NCBI GenBank assembly: GCA_963702425.1
Contig: CAVPCQ010000016.1
Coordinates: 195,347 to 259,346, forward strand
Direction: 5' to 3'
Length of the DNA stretch: 64,000 nucleotides
From: an uncultured Acidobacteriota bacterium
GTDB taxonomy: Bacteria > Acidobacteriota > Polarisedimenticolia > J045
Each line of letters starts with the position of its first letter. The stretch's first letter is position 1. Made by a program: the position numbers and the translations under genes. The notes under the pieces are model-generated. The model did no database searches, had not been told where the DNA came from, and saw nothing but the letters and a program-made list of their open reading frames with translations. Of the stretch, positions 1 through 9,080 are shown piece after piece.

Positions 1-2
1 AG

Positions 3-359
3 GGCGACCGCGTCGCGCTCGTCGTCAGCGAGGACGCGCAGATCGAGGGGACGGTCGTGGTCCGCAAGGGGACCCCGGCGACGGGCCAGATCCTCGACGT
101 ACAGCGCCGCAACGTCTTCGGCGGCGGCGGCCGGCTGGTGATGACGGTCCTCTGGACCACCGCGGTGGACGGCCAGGAGGTCCGCCTGCGTCCGGTGCCG
201 ACCCGCGGCGGCAGCAAGAAAGCCGAGGGGATCTCGCTGGTGCGCGAGAAGTCGGAGAAGGCGGGCCGCGGCGAAGACAAGCGCGAGATCGTGGTGCCGG
301 CCGGGGCGTCCTACAACGCCTGGGTCGACTCGTCCAAGGAGATCGCCGCGCCGCGTTGA
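3..359 (+). CDS. Hypothetical protein, 5'-truncated by window edge
   Basis: Frame open from nt 3 (GDRVALVVSEDAQIEGTVVVRKGTPATG...) with host-like codon usage; stop at 359. Confidence 0.6.
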   Translation, partial: GDRVALVVSEDAQIEGTVVVRKGTPATGQILDVQRRNVFGGGGRLVMTVLWTTAVDGQEVRLRPVPTRGGSKKAEGISLVREKSEKAGRGEDKREIVVPAGASYNAWVDSSKEIAAPR

Positions 360-420
360 GTGCGGGCCCGTTGCGACCCGGTGCGTTGGACGGCCGGGTG
401 GACGCAAGGCACCATGGGCG

Positions 421-1068
421 ATGGCCGATCCCGATTCGCGAAGCGGCGCGCGCTACGCGACTGCAGACATCCTCGACTGGGTCGCCAAGGTCCACGCCCC
501 GCACGACGCGGGGTTGGCCCGGGCCTTCGCGACCCCTTCCGACATGCCGGCGATCATGGTCGGTCCGAACGAGGGGCGCCTGTTGCACCTGCTCGTCCGT
601 TTGATCGGCGCACGCAGGGTGGTCGAGGTCGGCACGCTGGCCGGCTACTCGACGATCCACCTGGCGCGTGCGCTGCCCCCGGACGGACACCTCTGGACGG
701 TGGAGTTCGAGCCGCGCCACGCCGAGCTGGCCCGCGCGAACCTCGCCGCCGCCGGCCTCGCGGAGCGGGTCACCGTCGTGGTCGGCGCCGGCACGAGCAT
801 CCTCCCCGGGCTCGAAGAGCACGGCCCCTTCGACGCGGTCTTCCTCGACGCCGACAAGGCCAACTACGACCGCTACGCCCGGTGGGCGATTGCGAACCTG
901 CGGCCGGGCGGCCTCGTGCTCGGAGACAACGCGTTCCTGTTCGGCGAACTGCTGGACGACGACGAGCGCGCACGGGCGATGCGCGCCTTCCACGAGATCG
1001 TTGCCGCAGCCTGCGATTCGGTCTGCATCCCGACCCCGGATGGACTGTTGCTCGGGATCAAGCGGTAG
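421..1068 (+). CDS. Class I SAM-dependent O-methyltransferase (caffeoyl-CoA OMT-like)
   Basis: VVEVGTLAGYSTI, FDAVFLDADKANY and RPGGLVLGDN motifs. Confidence 0.9.
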   Translation: MADPDSRSGARYATADILDWVAKVHAPHDAGLARAFATPSDMPAIMVGPNEGRLLHLLVRLIGARRVVEVGTLAGYSTIHLARALPPDGHLWTVEFEPRHAELARANLAAAGLAERVTVVVGAGTSILPGLEEHGPFDAVFLDADKANYDRYARWAIANLRPGGLVLGDNAFLFGELLDDDERARAMRAFHEIVAAACDSVCIPTPDGLLLGIKR

Positions 1069-1831
1069 GCACCCGCTGCCGCCGCAGCAGCATGCGATAG
1101 ACGACGTAGATCGCGGCCGCGGCCAGCAGGTGCTTGAGGGTGTGGCCGCTGACGCGGCCGCCGAGCATCGCCGCGATCGGGTGATCCAGGCGCTCGGCCG
1201 CCATCGCGCCGCCGTACAGCGCCGCAGCGCCGTACAACCAAGAACCGAGCGTGTAGGGCGAGCGGATCAGCGCGGTGGCCGCGAGGGTGACTGCGAGGAA
1301 CCCGACCTGGGCCGCCAGGTAGGGCGCGACGTTCCCGCGGAGCGCCCAAAAGACGACGGAACCGACGCCGCTGGCCGCCAGCGCACAGGGCAGCAGCCAG
1401 CCCGGCCGGACGGTGCGATCGGCGAGCGTGCCCGCGACCAGGCCGGCGAAGCCGAGCGCCATCGGCAGCCGGTCCCAGACCAGCGTCGCGTCCCTTGGAT
1501 CGAGGTGGTAGACGGCGGACCCGAGCGCGGTCAGCGCCACGCCGCAGAACATCGCGAGCCACGACGCACGCGCCGCGCGCGGCGTCGCGCCGCGCGCCAT
1601 CGCTCTCGGCAGCGCGTTGAGACCGAGCAGGCCGACCACCAGGAACGGCAGGTTGGAGATCACGTCGAAGGCGTGCGGCACTCCCCACAGCGTGCGTTGA
1701 TCGGCGAACGCGTGATAGGACTGCGGCTGCGCGATCGGGGGGAGCGCCGCGGCAACGAGCCACGGCGCCGAGGCGGCGCAGCAGGCCAGGACGGCGACTC
1801 CGGCGGAAGGACGACTGAGCCCGCGCCCCAC
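1058..1831 (-). CDS. Alkaline (phyto)ceramidase-like membrane protein
   Basis: QPQSYHAFADQR..DVISNLPF, GSAVYHLDP, WDRLPM, SGHTLKHL; start set at GTG 1831 because the ORF-track start lies inside the tRNA. Confidence 0.8.
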   Translation of the reverse strand: MGRGLSRPSAGVAVLACCAASAPWLVAAALPPIAQPQSYHAFADQRTLWGVPHAFDVISNLPFLVVGLLGLNALPRAMARGATPRAARASWLAMFCGVALTALGSAVYHLDPRDATLVWDRLPMALGFAGLVAGTLADRTVRPGWLLPCALAASGVGSVVFWALRGNVAPYLAAQVGFLAVTLAATALIRSPYTLGSWLYGAAALYGGAMAAERLDHPIAAMLGGRVSGHTLKHLLAAAAIYVVYRMLLRRQRVPTA

Positions 1832-1928
1832 GATGGCGTGAGCGTAGCACGGTGCCGCTGGAGTCGGCGGCGGCGGATTCCGTTCGCGTCGCGATCGAGG
1901 CGAGTCGTTCCCTGGTTCGTGAAACGAC

Positions 1929-2005
1929 TGGTCGGGGCGGCCGGATTTGAACCGGCGACCACCTGCTCCCAAAACAGGTGCGCTACCAGGCTGCGCCACG
2001 CCCCG
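1929..2005 (-). tRNA. tRNA-Pro(UGG)
   Basis: Reverse complement CGGGGCGTGGCGCAGCCTGGTAGCGCACCTGTTTTGGGAGCAGGTGGTCGCCGGTTCAAATCCGGCCGCCCCGACCA; 77 nt, anticodon loop TTTGGGA, T-loop GTTCAAATC, encoded CCA. Confidence 0.97.
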
Positions 2006-2027
2006 ACGGCGTCCGGAGCGGATAAGC

Positions 2028-2483
2028 CTAGCGGTCGCGCCGCTCCCAGTCGAACGGGATCTCGTTCATCTCGGGATCGATCCGGTCCTCGTCGGGCAGC
2101 TTCGGGTCGTGCGGGCGATCGGTCACGACGATCACCAGCGACTCGACCAGGCCGCAGCCCTTCAGCCCGAACCAGACACCGGGCGGGATCGTCACCGCCA
2201 GCGGTGCGTGGTCGCCCAGGAAGAACTGGTTCAGCTCGTTCTCGGTCTTGGACCCCTCGCGCCCGTCGAAGAGCCCGATCCGCACCTGCCCGGCGACGAC
2301 GGCGAGCGTGTCGGTGCGGTGCCGGTGCCGGTGCCAGGCCTTGACCACCCCCGGAAAGAGGGTCGTCAGGTGGACCTGGCCGGCGACGTGGCCGGCCGGC
2401 CCGTCGGCGCGGAACAACTCGACGACCCGGCCGCGCTCGTCGGCTTTCGGCTCGAGGGTGTGAACGACGACCCCTTCGATCAT
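2028..2483 (-). CDS. dTDP-4-dehydrorhamnose 3,5-epimerase family (RmlC-like cupin)
   Basis: MIEGVVV..DERG, PGVVKAWHRH, IPPGVWFG. Confidence 0.8.
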   Translation of the reverse strand: MIEGVVVHTLEPKADERGRVVELFRADGPAGHVAGQVHLTTLFPGVVKAWHRHRHRTDTLAVVAGQVRIGLFDGREGSKTENELNQFFLGDHAPLAVTIPPGVWFGLKGCGLVESLVIVVTDRPHDPKLPDEDRIDPEMNEIPFDWERRDR

Positions 2484-2596
2484 GGGCGCTCCGGGCGCCG
2501 GGTGGTGAAGGCGCGCCGGGGATGGTAGAAACCGCCCCCGCGCCCCGTCAACCGCGGCGCCCGTGCGCCGCCCCTCGGCGCCGGCGGGAGACGACG

Positions 2597-3670
2597 ATGG
2601 AAATCTCGCTTTGCGGCCTGCCCCACTCGGGCAAGACGACGCTCTGGAGCATCCTGACCGGCACCGCGCTGCCCGAGGGGGGGAAGGTCGAGACCCGTCG
2701 CGGCATCGCCAAGGTGCCCGACGCCCGGCTCGACCGGATGGTGCCGCTCTTCAAGCCGAAGAAGACGACCTACGCCACGGTCACGTACGTCGACCCCGCC
2801 CCGCTGGAGAAGGGCGCCGGCAAGGCCGACAACCCGCTGCTCGCGCCGCTGCGCACCGCCGACGCGCTGCTGCTCGTGCTGCGCGCCTGGGACGATCCGT
2901 CCGATCCGCACCCGGACGGCTCGGTCGACCCGGCGCGCGACCTGTCGCTGGTGGAGACGGAGTTCCTGCTGGCCGACCTCGACGTCGCGCAGCGCCGGCT
3001 CGAGCGGCTCGAGGCGATCATCAAGAAGGCCGGCAAGGACGAGGACAAGCGCGAGCAGGAGATCCTCACGCGCGCGGTCCGGCAGCTCGAGAAGGAGGTC
3101 CCGCTGCGCGCGGCGCTGTCCGAGGACGAGCTGCGCGCGGTGCGCAGCTACGCCTTCCTGACCGCCAAGCCGCTGCTCGTTGCCGTCAACCTCGACGAGG
3201 ACCGGACCGGCGAGTTCGGCCAGGGACCGGAGGCCTTCGGGCTCGGCACGCTGACCGGCCGCCCGGGGACCGAGTTCGTCGCGCTCTCGGCCAAGATCGA
3301 GCGCGAGATCGCCTCCCTGTCGGCAGCCGACGCCGCGGCGTTCCGCGCCGACCTCGGGATCGGGGAACCGGCGCTCGAACGGCTGATCCGTGCCAGCTAC
3401 CACCTGCTGGGCTACATCTCGTTCCTGACGGTCGGCGACGACGAGTGCCGCACCTGGTCGATCCGGGCCGGCACCCCGGCGCGCGGGGCGGCGGGGGCGG
3501 TCCATTCGGACATCGAAAAGGGGTTCATCCGCGCTGAAGTCGTACCCTGGGACAAGCTGCTCGAGGCCGGCTCGCTGGCGACGGCCCGTGAGAAGGCGTG
3601 GCTGCGGCTCGAGGGGAAGGAGTACGTCGTGCAGGACGGCGACGTCGTCCACTTCCGGCACTCGGGCTGA
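2597..3670 (+). CDS. ychF: YchF-like OBG-family ATPase/GTPase (DUF933)
   Basis: GLPHSGKTT P-loop, KVPDARLD, FLTAKP, AAGAVHSDIEKGFIRAEV, RLEGKEYVVQDGDV; start at ATG 2597 after GGGAG. Confidence 0.88.
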   Translation: MEISLCGLPHSGKTTLWSILTGTALPEGGKVETRRGIAKVPDARLDRMVPLFKPKKTTYATVTYVDPAPLEKGAGKADNPLLAPLRTADALLLVLRAWDDPSDPHPDGSVDPARDLSLVETEFLLADLDVAQRRLERLEAIIKKAGKDEDKREQEILTRAVRQLEKEVPLRAALSEDELRAVRSYAFLTAKPLLVAVNLDEDRTGEFGQGPEAFGLGTLTGRPGTEFVALSAKIEREIASLSAADAAAFRADLGIGEPALERLIRASYHLLGYISFLTVGDDECRTWSIRAGTPARGAAGAVHSDIEKGFIRAEVVPWDKLLEAGSLATAREKAWLRLEGKEYVVQDGDVVHFRHSG

Positions 3671-3780
3671 GACGCGTGCCGGCAGCGGCGCAGATCTGCA
3701 ACGACCTGGTCGAGGCGAGCGAGATCAGCGACGAGGTGTCGGCTCCGCTCCCGTGAACCGGCCGGGCCCTCCGACGGGCC

Positions 3781-5955
3781 CTACCCCAGCCCTGCCAGCA
3801 GCGCCTGGAAGCGCGGCAGCCCGCGCAGCGCGTCGAGGTTGCTGTCGTGCTCGAACCAGCCACGCTGGGTCAGGCCGCCCGCCACGGCCCGCTCGAGCAC
3901 GGCGAGCGCCGCCTCGGAATCGCCCGCCATCGAGTAGATGCAGCCGACGTTGTAGAGCAGCATCGGCTCGTTCGGCTCCTCGGCCTCGGCCAGCCGCGCC
4001 CACTCGATCCCGCGCGCCGTCGAGCCGAGCGCGACCAGCGCGTTGGCTCCCATGTAGCGCGCGCGGGTGTCGTCGGGCTGCCGGTCCAGCCGCTCCTCCA
4101 CCTTTTTGAGGCCGCGGCGATAGGCCGCCTCCGCCTCCCGCTTCCGCCCGAGGTCGGCCAGGATCTGCGCGCTGAGCAACGGCGACTGGTAGTCCTCGGG
4201 GTGGAAGACCTCCGCCAGCTCGTAGCGGCGGGCCGCCTCCTCCGCCTTGCCGGACGCGAACAGGTGGCGCGCGTAGAGGTACTGGGCCTCGAACAGGCCG
4301 GGGTCGAGCTCCAGCGCGCGGCGGAACGCGGTCTCGGCCTCGGCCTCGCGACCGGCGGTCGACATCGCGACGCCGAAGGAGGTCTGGGCCTCGGCCAGAT
4401 CGGGGTCGAGCGCCAGCGCCTTGCGCGCCGCCTCCTCGGCCTGCGCGATTTGCTCGGGGACGCGGGCGACGTAGAGGTAGAAGAAGCAGTGGCAGAGCGC
4501 GATCCCGGCCCAGGCCCGCGCGTAGGACGGATCGAGCTCCAGCGCGCGCCGGAACAGCTCGATCGCGTACTCGACGCCGCGACGCCGGTACTGGAAGTAA
4601 TAGCTGCGGGCGCGCAGGCAGCACTCGTAGGCCTGAAGGTCGCGCGTCGGCGGCCGGCCGAGCGCCTCCTGCTCGCCGTGCGTCAGGGTCACCTCGAGCG
4701 CGTCGGCGATCGCGCGCGCGATCTCCTCCTGGATCGCGAAGACGTCCTCGAGCTGGCGGTCGAAGGTCTCGGACCAGAGGTTGAAACCGCTCGCCGTATC
4801 GACCAGCTCGGCGGTCACGCGCAGGTGCTCCCCGGCCTTGCGCACGCTCCCCTCGAGCAGCGCCTGCACCGCGAGCCGCCGCCCGATCTCCCGCGTGTCG
4901 AGCCCCGCCCCGCGCAGCCGGAACGAAGCGGTCCGCGAGGCCACCGACAGCCCGCCGATCCGCGCCAGCGCAGCGATGATCTCGTCGGCCATGCCGTCGC
5001 AGAACCACTCCTGGTCGCGCTCCTGGCTGTTGTCGGTGAACGGCATCACCGCCACCGAGGGGCCGGCGGCCGCGACGGGCAGCGGGGGAAGCGGCTCGGC
5101 CCGCCCCTGGCGGGCCGCGTCGAGCGCCTCGCGCAGCGCCGCCGCGCCCGCGAAACGGCGCGCTGGGTCCTTGTCGAGGCAGCGCAGGACGACCCGGTCG
5201 AGCTCCGGGGGCAGGTCGGGGCGCAGCGCCGAGGGGGGCGGCGGCTCGTCGCGCAGGATCGACGCCAGGATCTCGATCGCGCCCGCGCCTTCGAACGGCC
5301 GCCGCCCGGTCGCCATCTCGTAGAGCAGGACGCCGAACGAGAAAACGTCCGCGCGCTCGTCGGCCGTCTCGCCGCGGACCAGCTCCGGCGCCATGTAGGG
5401 GATCGTGCCGGTCAGGCCGAGCGGAACCATCGTCGCGGTCGGCGCCTCGGCGGCGTCCTGGCGCGGCGGCGACGCGGGGGGATTCCGCTGGGCGATGCCG
5501 AAGTCGAGGATCTTCGGCCGGCCGTCCTCGGTGACGACGACGTTGGCCGGCTTGAGGTCGCGGTGGACGACGCCGCGGCCATGGGCGGCCGCGAGCGCGT
5601 CGGCCAGCGGCAGCGCGATCGCGAACAGTTGCTCGAGGGCCATCCCCCGTTCCGGGATCAGCGACGCAAGCACGCGGCCCTTGACCAGCTCCATCACCAC
5701 GAAGCGGTGCGCGCCGGCATCCTCGACCGCATACACCGTGACGATGTTCGGGTGGTTGAGCGCGGCCAGCAGGCGCGCCTCGCGCTCGAGCCGCAGCAGG
5801 GCGTCCGGCGTCAGCGCGATCCGGTCGGGCAGCAGCTTGATCGCCACCTCGCGTCCGAGCCGGGTATCGAGCGCGCGCCAGACGACGCCCTCTCCACCTC
5901 CGCCGAGGCTGTCGAGGAAGCGGTAGTGGAGCAGCTTGTCGCCGGGTCGGATCAC
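3781..5955 (-). CDS. Ser/Thr protein kinase with TolB-like/TPR C-terminal region
   Basis: LGGGGEGVV, VAIK, HRDLKPAN, DFG, YMAPE; SVAVMPF..DGMADEII; TPR repeats. Confidence 0.92.
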   Translation of the reverse strand: MIRPGDKLLHYRFLDSLGGGGEGVVWRALDTRLGREVAIKLLPDRIALTPDALLRLEREARLLAALNHPNIVTVYAVEDAGAHRFVVMELVKGRVLASLIPERGMALEQLFAIALPLADALAAAHGRGVVHRDLKPANVVVTEDGRPKILDFGIAQRNPPASPPRQDAAEAPTATMVPLGLTGTIPYMAPELVRGETADERADVFSFGVLLYEMATGRRPFEGAGAIEILASILRDEPPPPSALRPDLPPELDRVVLRCLDKDPARRFAGAAALREALDAARQGRAEPLPPLPVAAAGPSVAVMPFTDNSQERDQEWFCDGMADEIIAALARIGGLSVASRTASFRLRGAGLDTREIGRRLAVQALLEGSVRKAGEHLRVTAELVDTASGFNLWSETFDRQLEDVFAIQEEIARAIADALEVTLTHGEQEALGRPPTRDLQAYECCLRARSYYFQYRRRGVEYAIELFRRALELDPSYARAWAGIALCHCFFYLYVARVPEQIAQAEEAARKALALDPDLAEAQTSFGVAMSTAGREAEAETAFRRALELDPGLFEAQYLYARHLFASGKAEEAARRYELAEVFHPEDYQSPLLSAQILADLGRKREAEAAYRRGLKKVEERLDRQPDDTRARYMGANALVALGSTARGIEWARLAEAEEPNEPMLLYNVGCIYSMAGDSEAALAVLERAVAGGLTQRGWFEHDSNLDALRGLPRFQALLAGLG

Positions 5956-6057
5956 GGGGACTCCGGGGCGGGAACCGGGACCCAGTCTACGGCAGGGCGA
6001 CGGCGGCGGGGTGGCAGACGCGGCGATCGACGCAACGAACGGCAGCGGAGAACGGGG

Positions 6058-6481
6058 TCAGGGGACGACCGTCAGCCCCAGCGCCTCGGCGTTGCGACGG
6101 ATCCGGTCGTCGATGCTGAGCATGGCCAGCCGGCGCAGCGCCGGCAGCGCAGCGAGTGCGCTCGCCAGGTGGATCGCGTCCAGGGTCCGCACCGGCTCGA
6201 GCGGGAACGTGGCCCGGGCTCGCGCCATCACGTCGGGGCTGATGCGCATCCACGACCACCCGGCAGCCGTTCGGCCGAAGAATCCCGCGACGCACCATCG
6301 CCTCCGCCTCCGTCAGGCGCTTGAGTTCGACCGCGCGCCGCAGGGCGCGATCGCTCTCGAGGTGCGTGAGATCCGACGCGATGACCGCCTCGGCTCCCGC
6401 GAGGGCCTCGCGGATGACGGGAGCGCTGTCCTCCAGCAGCAGCCAGGCGGCGACGGCGCTGGACTCGGCGTAGAGGATCAT
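6058..6481 (-). CDS. VapC-type PIN-domain toxin (apparent frameshift ~6250-6290)
   Basis: N-terminal MILYAESSAVAAW in one frame, PIN C-terminal motif VRTLDAIHLASAL...LSIDDRI in another. Confidence 0.8.
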
Positions 6482-6768
6482 CGATCGCTCCGGAGGTCGT
6501 CGAAGAGTTCCCGGAACTCCTCAGCGGTGAGCAGCGGTTCGAAGAGCGGGTAGCCGTCCGGGTCGTTCCCCGTGCCGAGCGTCACCAGCCCGGCCGCGGC
6601 CATCTCCTCGAGCTTCGAGGGGAGTTGCGGCTCGGCCGGACGGCGAGGCGGGCCGAGCTCCGCGACAACCACGCCCCGGTCGGTGACGAGCACCGTCTCC
6701 CCCTCCCGCACCCGTCGGAGGTACTCGCTGAGCCGCGCCTTGAGGTCGCGCACGCCGATGGCGATCAT
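6478..6768 (-). CDS. Phd/YefM-family antitoxin
   Basis: MIAIGVRDLKARLSEYLRRVREGETVLVTDRG; ATGA overlap with PIN gene. Confidence 0.88.
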   Translation of the reverse strand: MIAIGVRDLKARLSEYLRRVREGETVLVTDRGVVVAELGPPRRPAEPQLPSKLEEMAAAGLVTLGTGNDPDGYPLFEPLLTAEEFRELFDDLRSDR

Positions 6769-6774
6769 GCAACC

Positions 6775-6803
6775 ATTATAGTCTCGTGTGACTACACTCA
6801 CAA
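6775..6803 (-). promoter_or_regulatory. Sigma70-type promoter of TA operon (probably leaderless)
   Basis: TTGTGA-17 bp-TATAAT, then 6 nt to ATG; GTGT-N4-ACAC palindrome in the spacer. Confidence 0.75.
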
Positions 6804-6907
6804 CGATCCCCTTCTGCATCGGAGCCTGGGGCGCGAACGGACGTTGCGCTACCGCATCCGGCGAGGATCCTCCCGGGGGCGGGAATCGTGCGCATGCGGC
6901 GGGGCAG

Positions 6908-8284
6908 CTATACCGTCACCGCCCCCGCCACCGCCTCCGCAACGATCGCCGCCTCGCCCGGCAGCAGCGTGCGCGGGTCGAACAGCAGCGCGCCGTCCTC
7001 GACGCGCGCCACGACCGGCGGCTCGTGCCCCCGCAGCCGCGTCAGCAGCGCATCGTCGGAGAGGCCGGCCGGCGGGCGCACCGACACGAGCGTCGTCGGC
7101 AGGTCCTCCTCCGGCGCCGCCCCGCCGCCGACGCGCGACACGCCGGCGATCGTCTCCACCGCGAGGCCCGGCGCCGCCGCGCGCAGCGCCGCCGCCAGGT
7201 CGTCCGCCGCCGCGCGCAGCTCGCCCTCCGACAGCGACAGCATCCGCGCCGCCGGCAGCTCCGCCGCAGGGTCGGCCGCCATCGCGCCGAGCGCGGTCGC
7301 GGCCAGCGCCGCCAGCGTCAGCTTGTCGGGGCGCAGCGCGCGCGCCAGCGGGTGCTTCGCGCAGCGCGCGACCAGCTCGCGCCGGCCGACCAGCACGCCG
7401 GCCTGCGGCCCGCCGAGCATCTTGTCGCCGGAGAAACAGACCAGGTCGGCGCCCTCCTCGAGCAGCTCCTCGACCGACAGCTCGCTGGCAGGCCCGGCGC
7501 TGTCGCGGAACAGTCGGCCGCAGCCCTGGTCGGCCAGCACCGGCACGCCGGCCTCCTTTCCCAGCGCGGCCAGCTCCGCCACCGGCACCTGGTGCGTAAA
7601 GCCGACGATCCGGTAGTTGCTCGGCCAGACGCGCAGGATCAGCCCGGTGTCGCCCGAGATCGCGCCCTGGAAATCGGCGAGGTGCGTGCGGTTGGTCGTG
7701 CCGACCTCGCGCAGCAGCGCGCCCGAGCACTCCATGATCTCGGGGATCCGGAACGAGCCGCCGATCTCGATCAGCTCGCCGCGGCTGATCAGCACGTCCT
7801 TCCCCTTCGCCAACGCCGACAGCGCGAGCAGCAGCGCCGCGGCGTTGTTGTTGACGACATGCGCCGTGAAGCCCGGGAAGAGCAGCCCCAGCAGCTCGTC
7901 GACGTGGTCGGCGCGGTGGCCGCGCGTCCCCTGCGCGACGTCGTACTCGAGGTTCGAGTAGCCGGTCGCGGCGTGCTCGATCCACGCCCGCGCTCGCGGG
8001 CCGAGCGGCGCGCGCCCGAGGTTGGTGTGGATCACGACCCCGGTCGCGTTGATCACGCGCCGCGGCCGGGGCCGGGCCAGCGCCGCCAGTCGCGCCGCGC
8101 AGGCAGCGGCCAGCTCGTCCTCCGTGGGCGCCGCTTCACCGCCGCCGATCGCCGCGCGGGCGGCGTCCAGGGCGCCCCGCAGGACGGCCAGCAGGGCCCG
8201 CCGGGACCAGGCGGCGGCCGGCTCAGCGAGGGCCGGGTGGGCGAGCAGGCGGTCGACGGACGGGAGCTGGCGACGCGGGTCCAT
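6908..8284 (-). CDS. selA: L-seryl-tRNA(Sec) selenium transferase
   Basis: RVINATGVVIHTNLGRAPL, VVNNNAAA, ISRGELIEIGGSFRIP, EVGTTNRT, PLP-Lys motif FSGDKMLGGPQAG. Confidence 0.95.
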   Translation of the reverse strand: MDPRRQLPSVDRLLAHPALAEPAAAWSRRALLAVLRGALDAARAAIGGGEAAPTEDELAAACAARLAALARPRPRRVINATGVVIHTNLGRAPLGPRARAWIEHAATGYSNLEYDVAQGTRGHRADHVDELLGLLFPGFTAHVVNNNAAALLLALSALAKGKDVLISRGELIEIGGSFRIPEIMECSGALLREVGTTNRTHLADFQGAISGDTGLILRVWPSNYRIVGFTHQVPVAELAALGKEAGVPVLADQGCGRLFRDSAGPASELSVEELLEEGADLVCFSGDKMLGGPQAGVLVGRRELVARCAKHPLARALRPDKLTLAALAATALGAMAADPAAELPAARMLSLSEGELRAAADDLAAALRAAAPGLAVETIAGVSRVGGGAAPEEDLPTTLVSVRPPAGLSDDALLTRLRGHEPPVVARVEDGALLFDPRTLLPGEAAIVAEAVAGAVTV

Positions 8285-8436
8285 GCCGCCATTCTCGCCG
8301 CCCGATCCCGGGTTGGAAACGGCCCGTCGGCCCGGCGGGCCGCCGGGCTGGCCTCGCCGCCCGGCCGGACCCACCTTCTCCGGGAAGGGCCCGCGCGGCC
8401 GGACGGCCCGCCCCGCGCCCTTTCCCGAGGACCCTC

Positions 8437-9063
8437 GTGGCCGACACGCTCTTCACGCCGACCGAAGTCCGCGCCGACCTCGACCGCCTCGAGAAGCTGC
8501 TCAAGCGGCTTGCTACGGAGTACGAGATGTTCCTCGCCGGCTCGATCCGCTGGCCACCTTGGCAGCGCCAGGCCGAGGTCGAGGCCGTCGTCCGGCACTA
8601 CGCGAAGAACCCGCCGCAGCGCACGATCGACCGCTTCCGCTTCAACACGATGGTGCACCGGCTGCGGACCAGCCAGGAGCGCTGGAACCGGCGGCAGCGC
8701 GCGATCGAGATGGAAGGTCACCGCACGCGGCTGGCGGGCCAGGCGCCGCGGCCGCAGGAAGCCGAGGACGTCCAGCGTCCGCACGTGATGGTCCGGACGT
8801 TCGCCGGGGGTGGCAAGCTCGACGCGACGCAGCTGCGCGACCTCTACACCACCTACAAGCAGGCCAGCCGCGCGCGCGGGCTGTCGGTCTCGGGCCTCAC
8901 CTACCGCGGCTTCGCGGTCAAGGTCGACGCCGCGGTGGGACAGGCCCGCAGCCACCATCCCGGGCGGGACGTCGAGTTGCTTCTCGACGAGGTCGGTGGC
9001 AAGGTGAGGCTCGTGGTCCGGGCCGGCCCGCCCCGCGAAGAGGAAGAGCCGGCCGGCCGCTGA
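8437..9063 (+). CDS. Hypothetical protein resembling the MXAN_5187 C-terminal domain
   Basis: LDRLEKLLKRLATEYEMFLAG..P..RFRFNT..W and LY..Y..A..GGKVRL pattern, recognised from memory of the family. Confidence 0.6.
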   Translation: MADTLFTPTEVRADLDRLEKLLKRLATEYEMFLAGSIRWPPWQRQAEVEAVVRHYAKNPPQRTIDRFRFNTMVHRLRTSQERWNRRQRAIEMEGHRTRLAGQAPRPQEAEDVQRPHVMVRTFAGGGKLDATQLRDLYTTYKQASRARGLSVSGLTYRGFAVKVDAAVGQARSHHPGRDVELLLDEVGGKVRLVVRAGPPREEEEPAGR

Positions 9064-9080
9064 CCCGGGAGCCCACGCCC

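Noticed and set aside
1929-2005. tRNA-Pro as an integration site
   Set aside because: No integrase, no duplicated tRNA 3' end seen, and the flanks are host-like.
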